Source: Flaccisagitta enflata (lineage: Eukaryota). Taken from it: a DNA stretch of 64,000 nucleotides. Within the stretch, counting starts at the first letter, position 1. Every line of letters begins with the position of its first letter. The stretch is taken from NCBI GenBank assembly GCA_965153355.1, contig OZ231126.1:12586001-12650000 (forward strand), read 5' to 3'. Position numbers and translations under genes: made by a program. The notes under the pieces were generated by a model. That model saw only the letters and a list, made by a program, of their open reading frames with translations. It was not told where the DNA came from and did not search any database. Below, piece after piece: positions 27,921 through 42,000 of this stretch.

Positions 27921-29503
27921 CACACAACACACAACACACACACACACTCTATCGCACACCCTTGAATAGAAAAGTGAAAAGGTAGAGACACACACAGATA
28001 CATTCACGAGTATACACTTGAGCAGTTTACTTTTTGCTTAAATTGAGAGGGAATGTTTTTGAATATTCTGTTTAGGTGCGCCAAAGCACCCGTATAACTG
28101 GCTGTGTCCATCGCTTGGTTGGTTGGTTGGTTGGTTGGTTGGTTGGTTGGTTGGTCGAGAAACGCATTCATTTGACAATCCACTTGGCGCACCTTATTGG
28201 CCTCTTTGTCCACTATTGTTCAATTTAAAAGTCCACTTTTGTTCCACTTGTCCTACAGTCCTTTTTTTTTAGTTGCGTGCACGCGACTCTACAACCCGCT
28301 TTGTCTGTCTGTTGGTCGGTCCTCATTTTGTATTTTTTTTTTTATGATTTCCATTTCTTTGACCTCACTGCTCCTGCCCAATTGGTCTGGTGACCTCAAA
28401 TATGGCCCCTGCCCACCCACAAGCGACTTCGGTAGCTCCTATCCGGCCTTGTTCTTCTTTTATATTCTTTTTTTTTTTTTTTCATTCTATTCTTTTCTTT
28501 ATTTTTTTCTTTCTCTCTTTCTTTCTTTCATCTTTTTTTTCTTTCTTTTTTCTTTTTTTATTTTTTTCTTTCTTTCTTTTCTTCTTTCCTGCTTTCCCTT
28601 TCCTTCTTTCTTTCTTTCTTTCTTTCTTTCCTTCTTTCTTTCTTTCTTTTTTTCTTTTTTTCTTTCTTTCTTTCTTCCTTTCTTCACTTCTTCTTTTCTT
28701 TTTATTTCTTTCTTTTTTACTTTCATACTTGTTTTTTAGTGTTTAAGTGAAGTGAGGGTCGATGCCCTGTAGGACACAGGGGTGAATTTCCAGACGTCCT
28801 GAGAGGGCAAATATGAGGGCATTTGCTTGCTTGGAGCTGGGGATTTTGGGCCTGAGAGGTTTGATTGTAGGGTTGAGATGGATAACATTTGATCTGAAAG
28901 GGTTGATTTGGGGTCCAAGAGAGCCAATTTGGGGCCTGAAGGGGCTGATTTGGGGCCTCAGAGGGCCGATTTGAGGTCCACGAGGGGCCTGAGTAGCCTA
29001 GAGGGGGATAGACAGATGGACATACGGACGGATGGATGTCTGGAAATTCACCCCTGTGTCCTACATAACATCGGCCCTTTGGGGCTGCCGCCCAAAAGCG
29101 TTAAAAAACTCACATTCCTCCCTTGCTCTCCCCATCTACAACTTCAGGCTTCAATTCCAGCGTGGTGGAACAGCAGTCTTTAGGCTCCAACCCTAGCCAA
29201 GAGGCTCCAATCCAAGTTTGATGGCTTCACTCCAGCCTTGAGGCTTGGATTCCAGCCTCAATGCTCAAATCTTAGTCCAGCATAGCCATAGGTCATCGGC
29301 TCCGTTGGAGCTGCTGCCCCTCTCACCTTCACATCTTACATACATTAACTTAGGGGAAACGGGTACTGCTCTTGCAACTATTTTCTCTTTCTTTCTTTCT
29401 TTCATTCTTTCTGTCTTTCTTTCTATCTTTCTTTCTTCTTTCTTTCTTTCCTCTTGGGGATCAGAGGCTCCACACACACACACTCACACTTTACATAAAC
29501 AAA

Positions 29504-29596
<93 letters not shown>

Positions 29597-29609
29597 CACA
29601 CACACATAC

Positions 29610-29762
<153 letters not shown>

Positions 29763-29786
29763 AGGAGAAGGAGAAAACTCTACATA

Positions 29787-32349
29787 ACACATGCGCCACA
29801 TTTAGGCGGAAAATGTGGGAACATAGTTACCATAGTAAATATTACTCCAGTGGCATGAAATTTGAACTGGAGGTAGCTTTTTAGTTGAATTTTCATTTAG
29901 TGTTATGATTGAATCATAATTCAATTCATAAATGGGGTATTCCAGCCAAGATGTTAAAACTTCAATATCAAAATGTTGCTGATTTTTCCCGCTTTAAAAT
30001 CAATTAGAATAGATCATCTTTGAAAGACCCTGAGTCACAGATAGTGACCAAAATTGACTGACAATCATGCACGTAAGTATTATAAAGTAATTGGATCGCA
30101 TATTGCACAGTTTTTGGCCCCTAAGAAGCGCAATACTGGATAAAATCTAGACAAGGAATACTCAAAACTAGAAATTCAGTTTCTTTTAAATGCTTATGCA
30201 GGATTATTGAAAAGTCGAATTACGTAATTAATTTTGTAAATGTAGGGGAGAAATAAAGTTTTCCATTTTCAGTTTGCGGCAATTTTTGAAAGTTGTGCAG
30301 TTTTTAGGCTGGGATGATACATTTTTTGTCCGCGACGGAATACCATTCGAGGCGGGTGGGTGTCGTCGTTGTCGTCGTCGTCGTCGTTGTCGTCCACACT
30401 TTTAAAAATGGGCTAACTTTTGAACGCCTTGACCGATTTGCTTCATATTTGGAGGGAAGTTGTATTAGGGTAAGCCGCTTTGCAGCCTATGCGTATGTTA
30501 TGATCCGACCCACCCAACCGGCCCAACCAGCCTACCAGCCTAAAAGTGAAAAACGTACATAACTTCGGCATTTTTCAACCAATTTGGTTAAAATTTGGTA
30601 TGTAGTCCCTAAATGGAAGAACTCAACATATGTATTTGAATTGTAAAGATTTTAGCATGCTAACCGGCCAAACCGGCCTACCAACCAACCAGCCTACCAG
30701 CCTAAAAGTGAAAAACGTGCATAACTTCTGCATTTTTCAACCAATTTGGTTAAAACTTGGTATGTAGTCTCTAAATGGAAGGACTCAACATATGCATTTG
30801 ATTTGTAAAGATTTTAGCATGCTAACTGGCCAAACCGCTCCAGTACCACCCAACCAGCCTACCAGCCTAAAATAGAAAAATGAAAAACGTGCATAACTTT
30901 GGCATTTTTCAACCAATTTGGTTAAAACTTGGTATGTAGTTTCTAATGGAAGGACTCAACATATGTATTTGATTTGTAAAGATTTTAGCATGCTAAACGG
31001 CCAAACCGGCCTACCACCCAACTAGCCTACTTCAGCCTAAAAAGTGAAAACGTGTATAACTTTGGCATTTTTCACCGATTTGGTTAAAATTTGGTATGTA
31101 GTCCCTAAATGGTAGAACTCAACATATGTATTTGAATTGTAAAGATTTTATGATGCTAACCGGCCAAACCGGCCTACTACCCAACCAGCCTAAAAGTGAG
31201 AAACGTGCATAACTTTGGCATTTTTCAACCGATTTGGTTAGGACTTGGTATGTAGTCTTTAAATGGAAGGACTCAACATATGTATTTGATTTGTAAAGAT
31301 TATAGCATGCTAACTCACCAAACCGGCCTAATGCCGAACTTGACAACCGGCCATTTGACAATGCCATTTGACAACGCTGCTTGACAACGCCGCTTGACAA
31401 CGCCGCTGACAACGCCGTTTGACAACGCCCTTTGACAATGCCGATGGATAATGCCGTCTGACAACGCCGCTTGACAACGCCGCTTGACAACGCTGCTGAC
31501 AACGTGCTGGACAACGCCGCGATTAACGCCGTTGACAACGCGTTGGACAACGCGTTGGACAACGCGTGACAACGCCGTTTGACAACGCCGTTTGACAACG
31601 CCGCTTGACAACGCCGCATGACAACGCCGATTGACAACGCCGCATGACAACGCCGTTTGACAACGCCGCTTGACAACGCCGCTTGACAACGCCGTTTGAC
31701 AACGCCGCTTGACAACGCCGCTTGTGACACGCCACACGACAACGCTCGCTGACAACGCTGTTTTTGACAACGCCGCTTTTGACAACGCCGCTGGACAACG
31801 CCGCTGTTGACAACGCCGCTTGATTAACGCCGCTTTTGATACCCGTGCTTGGATAACGCGTTTGACAACGCTTCGCTTGGATAACGCTCGCTTGGATAAA
31901 CGCTGTTTGACAACGCCATTTGATAACGCCCGCTTGACAACGCCAGATGACAACGCTGCAATGACAACGCCGCGTGACAACGCCGCATGACAACGCTGCA
32001 TGACAACGCCGCGTATGACAACGCCGTATGACAACGCGTATGACAACGCGCTGCTTGGACAACGCCGTTGCCAACAGTCGGACCCATACTCTTTCAAGAT
32101 TTTTGATACTCAGCAGCTAAGAAGAGCTATTTTTCTTCAAACAAGGCCAACCAGAAGTCTCTGTTACAAATGTTAATTTTGATACATATGAATTTTTGAA
32201 TCTTTTTTTATTTTTTCGCATTTTTGCAAAATTCGATATTTTTCATTGATCCTATTTTTTGGGCCCTATGCAACATGAGAGATGAGTCAAGATGTTACAC
32301 AAGTTGACCCTAACTTTTATGACGCTAGCTTTTGCATTTTACTCTGCTT

Positions 32350-32428
<79 letters not shown>

Positions 32429-32525
32429 GAAAGGGAAAGAGAAAGAGAAAGACAGAGAGAGACACAATCTCCTCTCCCACACATATATTCACACACACAT
32501 AGAGACACAGAGAGAGAGAGAGAGA

Positions 32526-32602
<77 letters not shown>

Positions 32603-32959
32603 GAAGACAAAGGAAGACCAAGAAAGAGACACAGAGAAACAGATTGAATGACAGGCAGGCAGTCAACCAGACATCATGAGATTCACATAGGAGAACATGC
32701 AATGAAAAAAGAGACTCCCATTTACAACTTTTTTCCAGTCGGCGAGAGCCGCCTTTATTGGTATACAAAACACCACTTCTTACATTCAGAGGACATCTTT
32801 ATGTCATTATCTAATATCTATGCCTATGGTGACCTAAATATAGTAAATACACTTTCTCCATTCAGTTGTGGAGGTTTTTTTTTTTTTGCTTTTAATGACA
32901 ATAGCAAGATTCAGTCCTCACTAAGTAGATCATTTTCCGCCTAAATGTGGCGCATGTGT
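29787..32959. mobile_element. 3.2-kb TIR element with TA TSD
   Basis: Perfect 29-bp TIR acacatgcgccacatttaggcggaaaatg. Removing the element restores aaaactc..caTAtgtgtgaaagcatagg, seen uninterrupted at about 63810-63838. Confidence 0.92.
30322..32095 (+). mobile_element. HINE/DINE-1-like element with about 160-bp tandem repeats and a GACAACGC array
   Basis: T-run + gtccgcgacggaat, (gtc)n tract, five about 160-bp units (30540-31330), then the short-unit array (31340-32070); 5' part homologous to 35356-36675. Confidence 0.7.
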
Positions 32960-33034
32960 TATGTGTGAAAGCATAGGCCATCAACCCCTTCGGGGCTACT
33001 GCTCTGCTTCCCTTCAACTAAGCCTAAACTACTA

Positions 33035-33611
33035 TAGTGGTTCGTGGAATACCCTGAAACTGGAGGAAGGTATTTATGTCTTACCTCATTTGGCAAACTT
33101 GGATATCTGAAATATGTTGTTCACTTGGATGCTTTTTTGTTCCTTCTGAAAGCTCCGCTGCTATGGAAACCAAAATTTATAACCACTAAAATATCAATAT
33201 TTTGAGAAATATTGTCAGGGAACACTGCTCCTCGCCTCTGCATAACTTCTCCCACAAGCTTGTAGCATCAATTGCTCGTTTGGCTGGTGCTAGGGGGCAT
33301 CACACCCAGCAAATATAAATGATGCTCCCTAGCAACGGCTAAACGAGCAATATTCTTACAGGACATACTATGGGAAAGTTGTAGCAAATTTAATTTTGAG
33401 CAATGTTTCCTGATAATATTTGTCAAAATATTGATAATCTAATTGTTATAAATGTTCAAAAAAAAAATTTTGGTTTCCATAGCAACCGAAAAACTCAGGG
33501 ACAAAAGCATTAAGTGAACAACTTATATTCCAAATATGAAGTTTGTTAAATGAAATTAAGACACTTTAATACCTTCCTCCAGTTTAGGCTGTTATTCCAC
33601 GAACCTCACTG
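33035..33611. mobile_element. Palindromic TA-flanked MITE
   Basis: ta-tagtggttcgtggaat...aaactggaggaagg / ccttcctccagttt...attccacgaacctcactg-ta; interrupts the 3' end of a HINE-like element. Confidence 0.85.
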
Positions 33612-34046
33612 TAGGCAAGGCATGGGTACCGCTGACCATCTAATGCTTTTGCGACTATTGTAACATGTCCAATGTTTGACCAGTGGGCCCTCCCTCCCAT
33701 ATAAGGTTGAAATATATTTTAAAACACACACTCTAATGGACCCACCACCAACAGAATTTCGCCTATAACAGACACAAATTCATAGCCTCTTCAAGTTAAT
33801 TTCTTTTATTATCTTTATTGGCAATAACAGAAGTCTGCCTATAACAGAAAAAAACTGTTGGTCCCCTGAAATCCGTTAGAGCGGGGTTCAACTGTACTTC
33901 TTAAAATAATGAGTTCACTGAAAAAGACGCTCCCTAAAATAACTGATTTAGCTCTTGGAAACAAACAGAGATTTTAGAAAGCCTTCATTGCCTATTTGGT
34001 ATTTCTATCTTTTTTTTCTTTTTAAATAGGCATTAGTTTAAGTTAA

Positions 34047-34637
34047 CCATAAGTGCAATAAAAATGGCCGATTTTTGAAAGGTCTGTAAAGGATCAAAAA
34101 TTCATCTGAACATAGCCAAATTCATGACACCTTGAAAGCCCTTCAAAAGATCTTTCATTTGAAACTTTTGTGGGACCACTAACACGATGAATATGCAAAT
34201 GAGAGTAAGATTAGCAAAACCACTTAATTTTGAAACTGCCCATGGTATTTTTACAAAGTTCCATAAAAAATCACAGAAGTCGTTGCCCGATATTGATAAA
34301 AATTGAATGGATATTGGGGCAAATACAGGTCAACTAGCACCTAAAATTTCATCGAAATCGATAAAGATCTTCTATCATTTTTACTCATCTAAAATATTTC
34401 AGAAAATCTGAGTGACAAATTTGGCCCTTTTTTCATGAGGTGGCAATATAGTTGTTAGCCCTAAATCTGTCATATTTTCTAAAAGAATTGAGAAAAAATT
34501 TGCTGCATGGACTCAAATGAAAGATAATTTTGATATGTTTCTGCAATGCATGAATTTTAGGATAGTCCCAAGAATCTTTTGACCAAAACCTGTGCTCAAA
34601 GCTGTTGAAAAATCGGCCATTTTTATTGCACTTATGG
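34047..34637. mobile_element. piggyBac-type MITE
   Basis: TTAA on both sides; perfect TIR ccataagtgcaataaaaatggccgattttt. Confidence 0.9.
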
Positions 34638-34966
34638 TTAAAAAAACATTTTTTCCTTTTTCTGGGTCCCTCTATTGTGCTGCCAATGCTGAAAAACACA
34701 ATAATAAATGAGGGAAAAAAGAGCTTCCTATGAGGCTAAGCCCATTCTGGTAAAAAAGCATAATTCAGTGTCATTTTTTAGAAAATCCATTTTTGGTTAC
34801 AACCCGAGTCTCGAGCATGATGGACCAACAAACCAATGGACCAATGGACCAACAGACCAACAGACCAGAGAATGAATAGAGCCAATTCATTTTGAAATAG
34901 GAGGAAATAGAATTTCTTTTTCTTCCATATCAGGTTTCCTCAATAACGTTCATCAGAAAGAAAAAA

Positions 34967-35057
<91 letters not shown>

Positions 35058-35355
35058 AGCCGATCGAGATAGAGAAGGGAGATCAGGCGGAAATCCCTCA
35101 CTGAATTAGACGCCGTCGCAGCTACTGGACAAAGAAGATAAAGCAGGCCAACGATTTCAAAATATATCTTTTTTGTCTAGCAAGTGCTATGCATGCTGCT
35201 CATAGAATTTTGATGACGACATGGTTGCGATAACAGGATGCGCCGCATGGTGCTTTATCTTGTAGTATCTGGGCTGACTAATATATGATTGTTTTTGTGT
35301 GTGTTTTTGTGTGTTTGTTTTTGTTTGTTATTTTGTGTTTGTTATTGTTTGTGTT

Positions 35356-36675
35356 TTTTGTCCGCGACGGAATATCATTCCGACGCGGACTATAATTTAA
35401 GGCGGGTGGGTGTCGTCGTCGTCGTCGTCGTCGTTGTCGTCGTGTTCATTTTGAAAAATGGATAACTTTTTTATGCTTTGACCGATTTGGTTCATATTTG
35501 GTGGGAAGTTGTACTAGGGTAAGGCGCTTTACATCCTATCCGATTTTTGTGATCCGACCAACCCAACCGGCCCAACCAGCCTACCGGCCTAAAAGTGAAA
35601 AACGTGCATAACTTTGGCATTTTTCAACCAATTTAGCTGAAATTTGGTATGGAGTCTCTAAATGGAAGGCCTCAACATACATGTATATGATTTATAAGCA
35701 TTTGAGCATGCTAACCGGCCAAAACTGACCTACCACTCAACCAGCCAACCAGCCTAAAAGTGAAAAACTTGCATAACTTGTCATTTTTTCAACTGATTTG
35801 GTAAAAACTTGGTATGGAGTCTCTAAATGGAAGAACTCAACATGCACACTATTTATCCTGTCAAACCAGCCTACCACCCAACCAGCCTACCAGCCTAAAA
35901 GTGAAAAATGTGTATAACTTTGGCATTTTTCAACCAATTTGCTGAAATTCTGTATGGAGTCTCTAATGGAAGGCCTCAACATACGTATATGATTTATATG
36001 CATTTGAGCATGCTAACCGGCTAAACCGACCTACCACCCAACCAGCCTACCTACCAAAAAGTGAAAACTTGCATAATTTTGTCATTTTTCAACCAATTTG
36101 GTTGAAATTTGATGTGGAGTCTCTAAATGGAAGAACTCAACACATGCACACTATTTATCCTGTCAAACCAGCTCACACTCAACCAGCCTACGAGCCTAAA
36201 AGTGAAAAAATGTGCATATCTGGCGTTTCAACCAATTTGCTGAAATTTGGTATGAGGCTCTAAATGGAAGGACTCAGCACATGTATGTGATTTATTTATG
36301 CTTGAGCATGTTAGAACCAGCCAAACCCCACTCCCCACCTACCTCCCAACCAGCTTATCTGCCTAAAAGTTAAAAACTTGAATAAATTGGACATTTTTCA
36401 ACCAATTTGGTTGAAACTTGGTATGGAGTCTCTAAATGAAAGAACTCAACATATGCACACTATTTATCCAAACCAGTTTACCACCCAACCAATTCCTACT
36501 AGTGCTTCAAAAGTAGTGAAAAACGTGCATAACTTGCCATTTTTCAACGGATTTGCATGAAACTTTGCCGGAGGCTCCTAATGTAAAGAATTCCTTGCAG
36601 TTTTAGCGAATCCTACGGGTTAGGTAATTTTGGTCATAGCGATCTTATGGAATTGGTGATCTATAACCCCTTCCG
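35356..36675 (+). mobile_element. HINE/DINE-1-like element with alternating tandem repeats
   Basis: 5' hairpin gtccgcgacggaat-atc-attccgacgcggac after a T-run, a (gtc)n tract, then six units of about 140-165 bp. Confidence 0.72.
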
Positions 36676-37720
36676 TTGTGTGTGTTTGTTTTGTGTGTGT
36701 TTGTTTTGTGTGTGTTTGTTTTGTGTGTGTTTGTTTTGTGTGTGTTTGTTTTGTGTGTGTTTGTTTTGTGTGTGTTTGTTTTGTGTGTGTTTGTTTTGTG
36801 TGTGTTTGTTTAGTGTGTTTGTTTAGTGTGTTTGTTTTTGTGTGTTTGCTTTTGTGTTTGTTTGTTTTTGGGTTTGTTTTTGTGTGTTTGGTTTTGTCTG
36901 TTTTTGTGTTTGTTTTTGTGTGCGTTTGTTTTTGTGTGCGTTTGTTTTTGTGCATGTTGGTTTTTGTGGGTGTTTGTTTTTGTTTATTGTTTTTGTGTGT
37001 TATTGTGTTGTTTTTGTGTGTTTGTTTGTGTTTGTTATTGTGTGTGTTTGTTATTGTGTGTGTTTGTTATTGTGCGTTTGTTATTGTGTGTGTTTGTTAT
37101 TGTGTGTGTTTGTTATTGTGTGTGTTTGTTATTGTGTGTGTTTGTTATTGTGTGTGTTTGTTATTGTGTGTGTTTGTTTTAGTGTGTGTATTTTGTGTGT
37201 TTGTTTTTGTGTGTTTGCTTGTTTTTGTGTGTGTCTGCTTGTTAATGTGTGTGTCTGCTTGTTGTTGTGTTTGTTTGCTTGTAACTGTGTGTTTGATATT
37301 GTGTGTTTGATATTGTGTGTTTGATATTGTGTGTGTTTGATATTGTGTGTGATTGTTATTTTTTGTGATTGTTATTTTTTGTGATTGTTATTGTGTGTGA
37401 TTATTGTGTGTTTGTTATTGTGTGTGATTGTTATTGTGCTTGAGTTTTTATTTGAATTTGTTATTGTGTGTGATTGTAATTATGTGTGTTGGTTTTTATC
37501 TTGTTTTTGTGTGTTTTTGTGTGTTTTTGTTTGTTTGTTTTTGTGTGTTTTTGTTTGTTTGTTTTTGTGTGTGCTTGTTTCTGTGTGTGCTTGTTTTTGT
37601 GTGTGCTTGTTTTTGTGTGTGCTTGTTTTTGTATGCATTTGTGTTTGTGCGTATTTGTTTGTTTTTGTGTGTATTTGTGTGTATGTTTCTGTGGTGTTTG
37701 TGTTTGTGTGTGTTTTTATT
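36676..37720. repeat. (tgtgtgtttgttt)-type low-complexity satellite (also 21600-21940, 35290-35355)
   Basis: 15-bp unit gtgtgtgtttgtttt and variants. Confidence 0.9.
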
Positions 37721-37878
37721 GAGTGTCTATGGGCGGTTGTACGCCCCCACCCACCCGTCCGCAACGTTGTTACTCTGGATTACTTGTTTGCCTCCTTATC
37801 AACAAACCATTTTGACTCACCATTCATGTCATTTTGTAACGGGTCTTCAATTCAACTTTCACTCTCTCTCTCCACCAG

Positions 37879-38768
37879 ATCATTATCTGCGGTCTCTGCA
37901 GTCCCAGCCTCAGAGCGCGGTGGTTCTCCATTGTCTTGGTTCCTGGTGCTTTACCATCGCCAGCATCAATTGGTTCGAACGGAGATTAGCCCAGGTCAGG
38001 CAACGTGATTGTAATACTAATGGTAGTTAAGGCAACTGGAACGTGATGTAGACAACCTGACTTTAACAGTAATTTAGGAAACTTGACAGCGATTTGTGCA
38101 ACTTGACAGTAATTAAGGCAACTCGACTTTGTCAGTATAGTAATTTATGCTATCGGCGGGATTAAGGAAATCAAGCTGATAGGCAGGGTCCGCTGTAAAA
38201 CCGTTCATTTGTCTGGTTTCATAATACGTAATAATCTCAGCTTGTTATCCTTTGAATAGTAAATTGGTTCTAAGATCAATTTGGGACAGTCTACTGATTG
38301 TACAGTCATGCTTGGATAAATTGCAACTGGATTCTCAAGCCTACTACTCAGTCAAAAATCAGAAAAACCTAGCAAAATCATAGATGTAATTGAAGAGATT
38401 GAGACCAAGTAGTTTGTTGATGCAATTAGATGGAAAGCTGTTTTAAAGAGAAGGACTAATTGTAAGTTCTCCTATTATTTTATTCTGCGTGATTTCCTTT
38501 CCCTCTTCACCCTTCACAGATCTTATTTCTCGATCCTCCATCATCCACTTACGAGGAAGCACTTGGTTACTTCCGCGCCGCGGAGGAAGTCAGTCCCAAC
38601 TTCTACTCTCAAAACTTGCTCTTCATCGCCAAATGTTACGCGCAGCTGAAAAACGACGCCAAAGCGAATGAATATTTAGAAAAGGTCGTCAACTTCGCGC
38701 CGATTCGCTCCGAAGAAGACGCCGACGCCGTTAAGGAAGCCAGAAGGATGCTTTTGACGGACGATTGA
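37879..38768 (+). CDS. RMDN1: RMDN1-like, exons 3-4
   Basis: Exon 3 37879-37994 (phase 1 matches exon 2; HCLGSWCFTIASINWFERRLAQ). Exon 4 38520-38768 (ILFLDPPSSTYEEALGYFRAAEEVSPNFYSQNLLFIAKCY...stop). Spliced CDS is 1050 nt (349 aa), all introns GT-AG. Confidence 0.9.
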
Positions 38769-39003
38769 AGTCGAAGACGAGCTTTTAAACATTTGATCTC
38801 GAGGCCTTGAGGACTGAGCTGTCTCTCTTGAATCATCAGATCGGACAATCATCTGCCGTTGATGGAGAGAACCAAAAACAAACTGCTCCATAAAAACGAA
38901 CACCAAAAGACAAAACGGTCACAAAAGATATATATATCCCCGGAAGATGTACTTAACTTAAGCTCCCCCGGAATACCTTCGATTCCCATTCAAAAGTACT
39001 ATC

Positions 39004-42000
39004 ATGCCTTCCTTTCCCTCGGAGCCCCCTTTCATCACGGCTTTGCGCGGCGTTTCCGCCGACGTGGCTTCTTCCGTCACTTTCACCCAACGCCTCGTCC
39101 ACTTCCTTCGATTGCCGCCCATTTTTGATCGTTTGGCGTCTGTCGCCAATCAAGATGGCGTTGAGAATGATCATAGAACGACCGCGGTTGAGTTTTTGCG
39201 TCAGGACAATGACCCGGAAAGAGGAGGAGGAGGAGCTGGTGGTGGAGTTGAGGAAAAGCGCGGAACGCGCCTGTTGGCGACTTTTCTCACTTTTGTCTTC
39301 GAAGATGAGATGCAGCGAGTCAGCTTAAAGAATATCCAGGATCTCGTCGGATTTTGCTTGTCGGTGGTTGACGCCAGCATGTGCGGACTGGGCTACTCGC
39401 AGCGTCGTCGTCGTTGTTGTCGATGATGTGGTAGAGTCGATGACGTCGGCTTGCTTCCGTCTGCTTTATCTCATGCAACTCGATGTCGATGATGATGGTC
39501 GTGAGCAGGGAGGAGAAATGGAGCACCGATACCGGATGTTTTGCGCGTCCTTTAAGGCAGCGGAACAGCTGGTCAAGCTTCATACGGCTCAAGTAGGTTA
39601 TGTTTACCTCAATTTTGACTACTTAAACCTCTCCTTCTTCCTTTCATTCCTGCTTTTTCTTTTCCTCCTTTCATTCCTGCTTTTTCCCTCCCTTTCTTTT
39701 TGTTTTCCTTCTTTTGTCTTTTCCTTCTTTTTCTTTTCTGCCTTTCTATTCCTACATTCTTTTCCTTCTTTCTTTCCTTCTCTCTTTCCTTCTCTCTTTC
39801 CTTCTCTCCTTCCTTCTTTCTTGCTTTCAGTTTTTCCTTTCTCTATTCCTTTCTTTTTTAGTCGCGTGCACGCGACTCTACAACCCGCTTTGTCGGTTGG
39901 TCGGTCGGTCAGTCACACTTTACTTTTTTATGATTTTATTTCATTGACCTCATCACCTCTGCTCAAAATGATCTGGTGACCTCAACATGGCCCCTGCCCA
40001 CCCGCACGCGATTTCGGTAGCCGTGTATCCGGCCTTGTTCTTTCTTTTCCTGCCCTCCTCTCCTCCTTCTTTCTCTTTTCCTTCCCTCATCCTTTCTTTC
40101 TTTCCTTCTTCCCTTCCTTCTTCCCCTCCCTCTTTCCTTCCCTCTTTCCTTCCCTCATTCGTTCCTTTTCTCTTTCTTCCCTTAATCCCTTCCTCCTTCA
40201 TTTTTTGTTCCATACCGCTAAATAGTAATCTATACCACTAAATAGTAATCCTCTTTCTTTTCTTCAGTCCTTTTTTCGGGACCCACCATCTTCCTTTGCT
40301 CTTCTTTATGCCTTTTCCCGTGTCAAATGATTTTTCCCAGGCTGACACTGCATTTTCTTATCTCATCTCTTCAGTTGTGTTATTTGTTGATGACTAGCGA
40401 GGATTTCCTTCGTATTTTGATCTCCGACTCGTCCATCGTCTCCGTCGCCGCCATAAACCTGTTCTCCATTTGTGTCGCCAATGAATCATTTCAGGTTAGA
40501 GTACACAACCAAACGGATTGTTTAGTACCGCACATTGAAAGACGTTAATGGAGCCTTGTGTTGGTTACATGGCCTGCCATTTATCTTGATCTTGTTAAGC
40601 CTTAGGAAAACTCAGAACTATTTTTATAAACATTATTTGAAAATGTCTAGTTTAAGGAAAACTATAAAGTTTTATATATATTTAAATTTAGATATGTTTA
40701 CCCTTCGGAAAACTTGAAATGACCATCTGTTTCCCCTTATGCATATCTTGATTCTGCTTTTGATTGTTTTTTTAGCTGTCGTCTCTCTCTGAAACTACGT
40801 TGTCCGCTTTCTTGGATGAATTGTCCTTCAAAGTGTCTTCTTCCGATGACGCGATGGAGGCTGAGGCTGCTATTCAAGCTTTGTTGCGGGTGACGATGAA
40901 AGGAGAAGAATTCGTCGAGCTTATACATCGCAAATACGAGTAAGGGTTCTTCAAAGGCCATCTCTCGTTCCTTACACTTTCTCTTTTTTTCGCTTCTTCC
41001 TCTCGAATTATTCTTTTAGCTCTTTCTTATTTCATATATACGCTGTCAAGTTCTTTTTTTGATATATTTCATCCATTTCACTCATTGTAATTTTCATGAC
41101 CAAATTCTCTCATTTTGTTACAATTCTCACGCATATAATCGAACTTCTTCACTTCCCGTGTACATTCTCATATCCAGGGGTCTCGGGACTCTCGTGACTC
41201 GTTGGATTAACCACGGATTCGACCCGTCCATCCGTCGTCTTCTCGCTCTCCTCCATCCATCCGCACCCTCCTCCTCCTCTTCGGTGACACAATCCCGCTC
41301 CGCCGCCGCCGCCGCCGCCGTCGTCATTCAAAAGACGTGGCGCGCTCATCAAACTCGTCGACGCGTGGAAAAACTCGCTCGCGTTGTCAAGCGCGTCCAA
41401 CGCTCTTTCCGCCGACGCCGCGCCGAGGAGGAAAAAAGACGCCACGACGCCGATTTGGCGAAACAACGCGCCGCCGACGCCGAAACGGAACGCCGGAAGC
41501 AAATGCGTCAATCGCGCGAAAGGACGCTACAATCGGTGGAGGCGCTTCCGGGCCGAGATGTCGACGAGTTTCTGCAGCGTCGAGAAACCGAAGCGGCGAC
41601 GAGGATTCAGGCTTTGTGGAAGGGATGGAAAACGAGGCGAGTGTTGGATGGCGGAAGTGGCAAAGAAGGAGGAGGAGGAGGCAGAGAAGCGATGAAACGC
41701 GACGCGGCGGCGAGAGTGTTGCAAAGCCACTGGAGAAGCTGGATGAGGGATTCTCGAGCGAAGCGGAAAGCTGCAAAGACGTTGTTAGCATCGGCGATGG
41801 GATCAAGAGGAGGAGGAGAAGAAGAGGCAGATGGCGGTGATGTTGAAGCGGCGGAATCCCGCGCGAGCCGACTGGCGGAAGTGGAGAAGAGGAAAGAACG
41901 ACGATTGAAAGAGATTCGAGAAAGATGCCGTCGAGGGGAAGAGCCGTTGACGAGGGAGGAGATTTGCGATTTGGATGATCGCGTCCGACGGATGGTGGCC

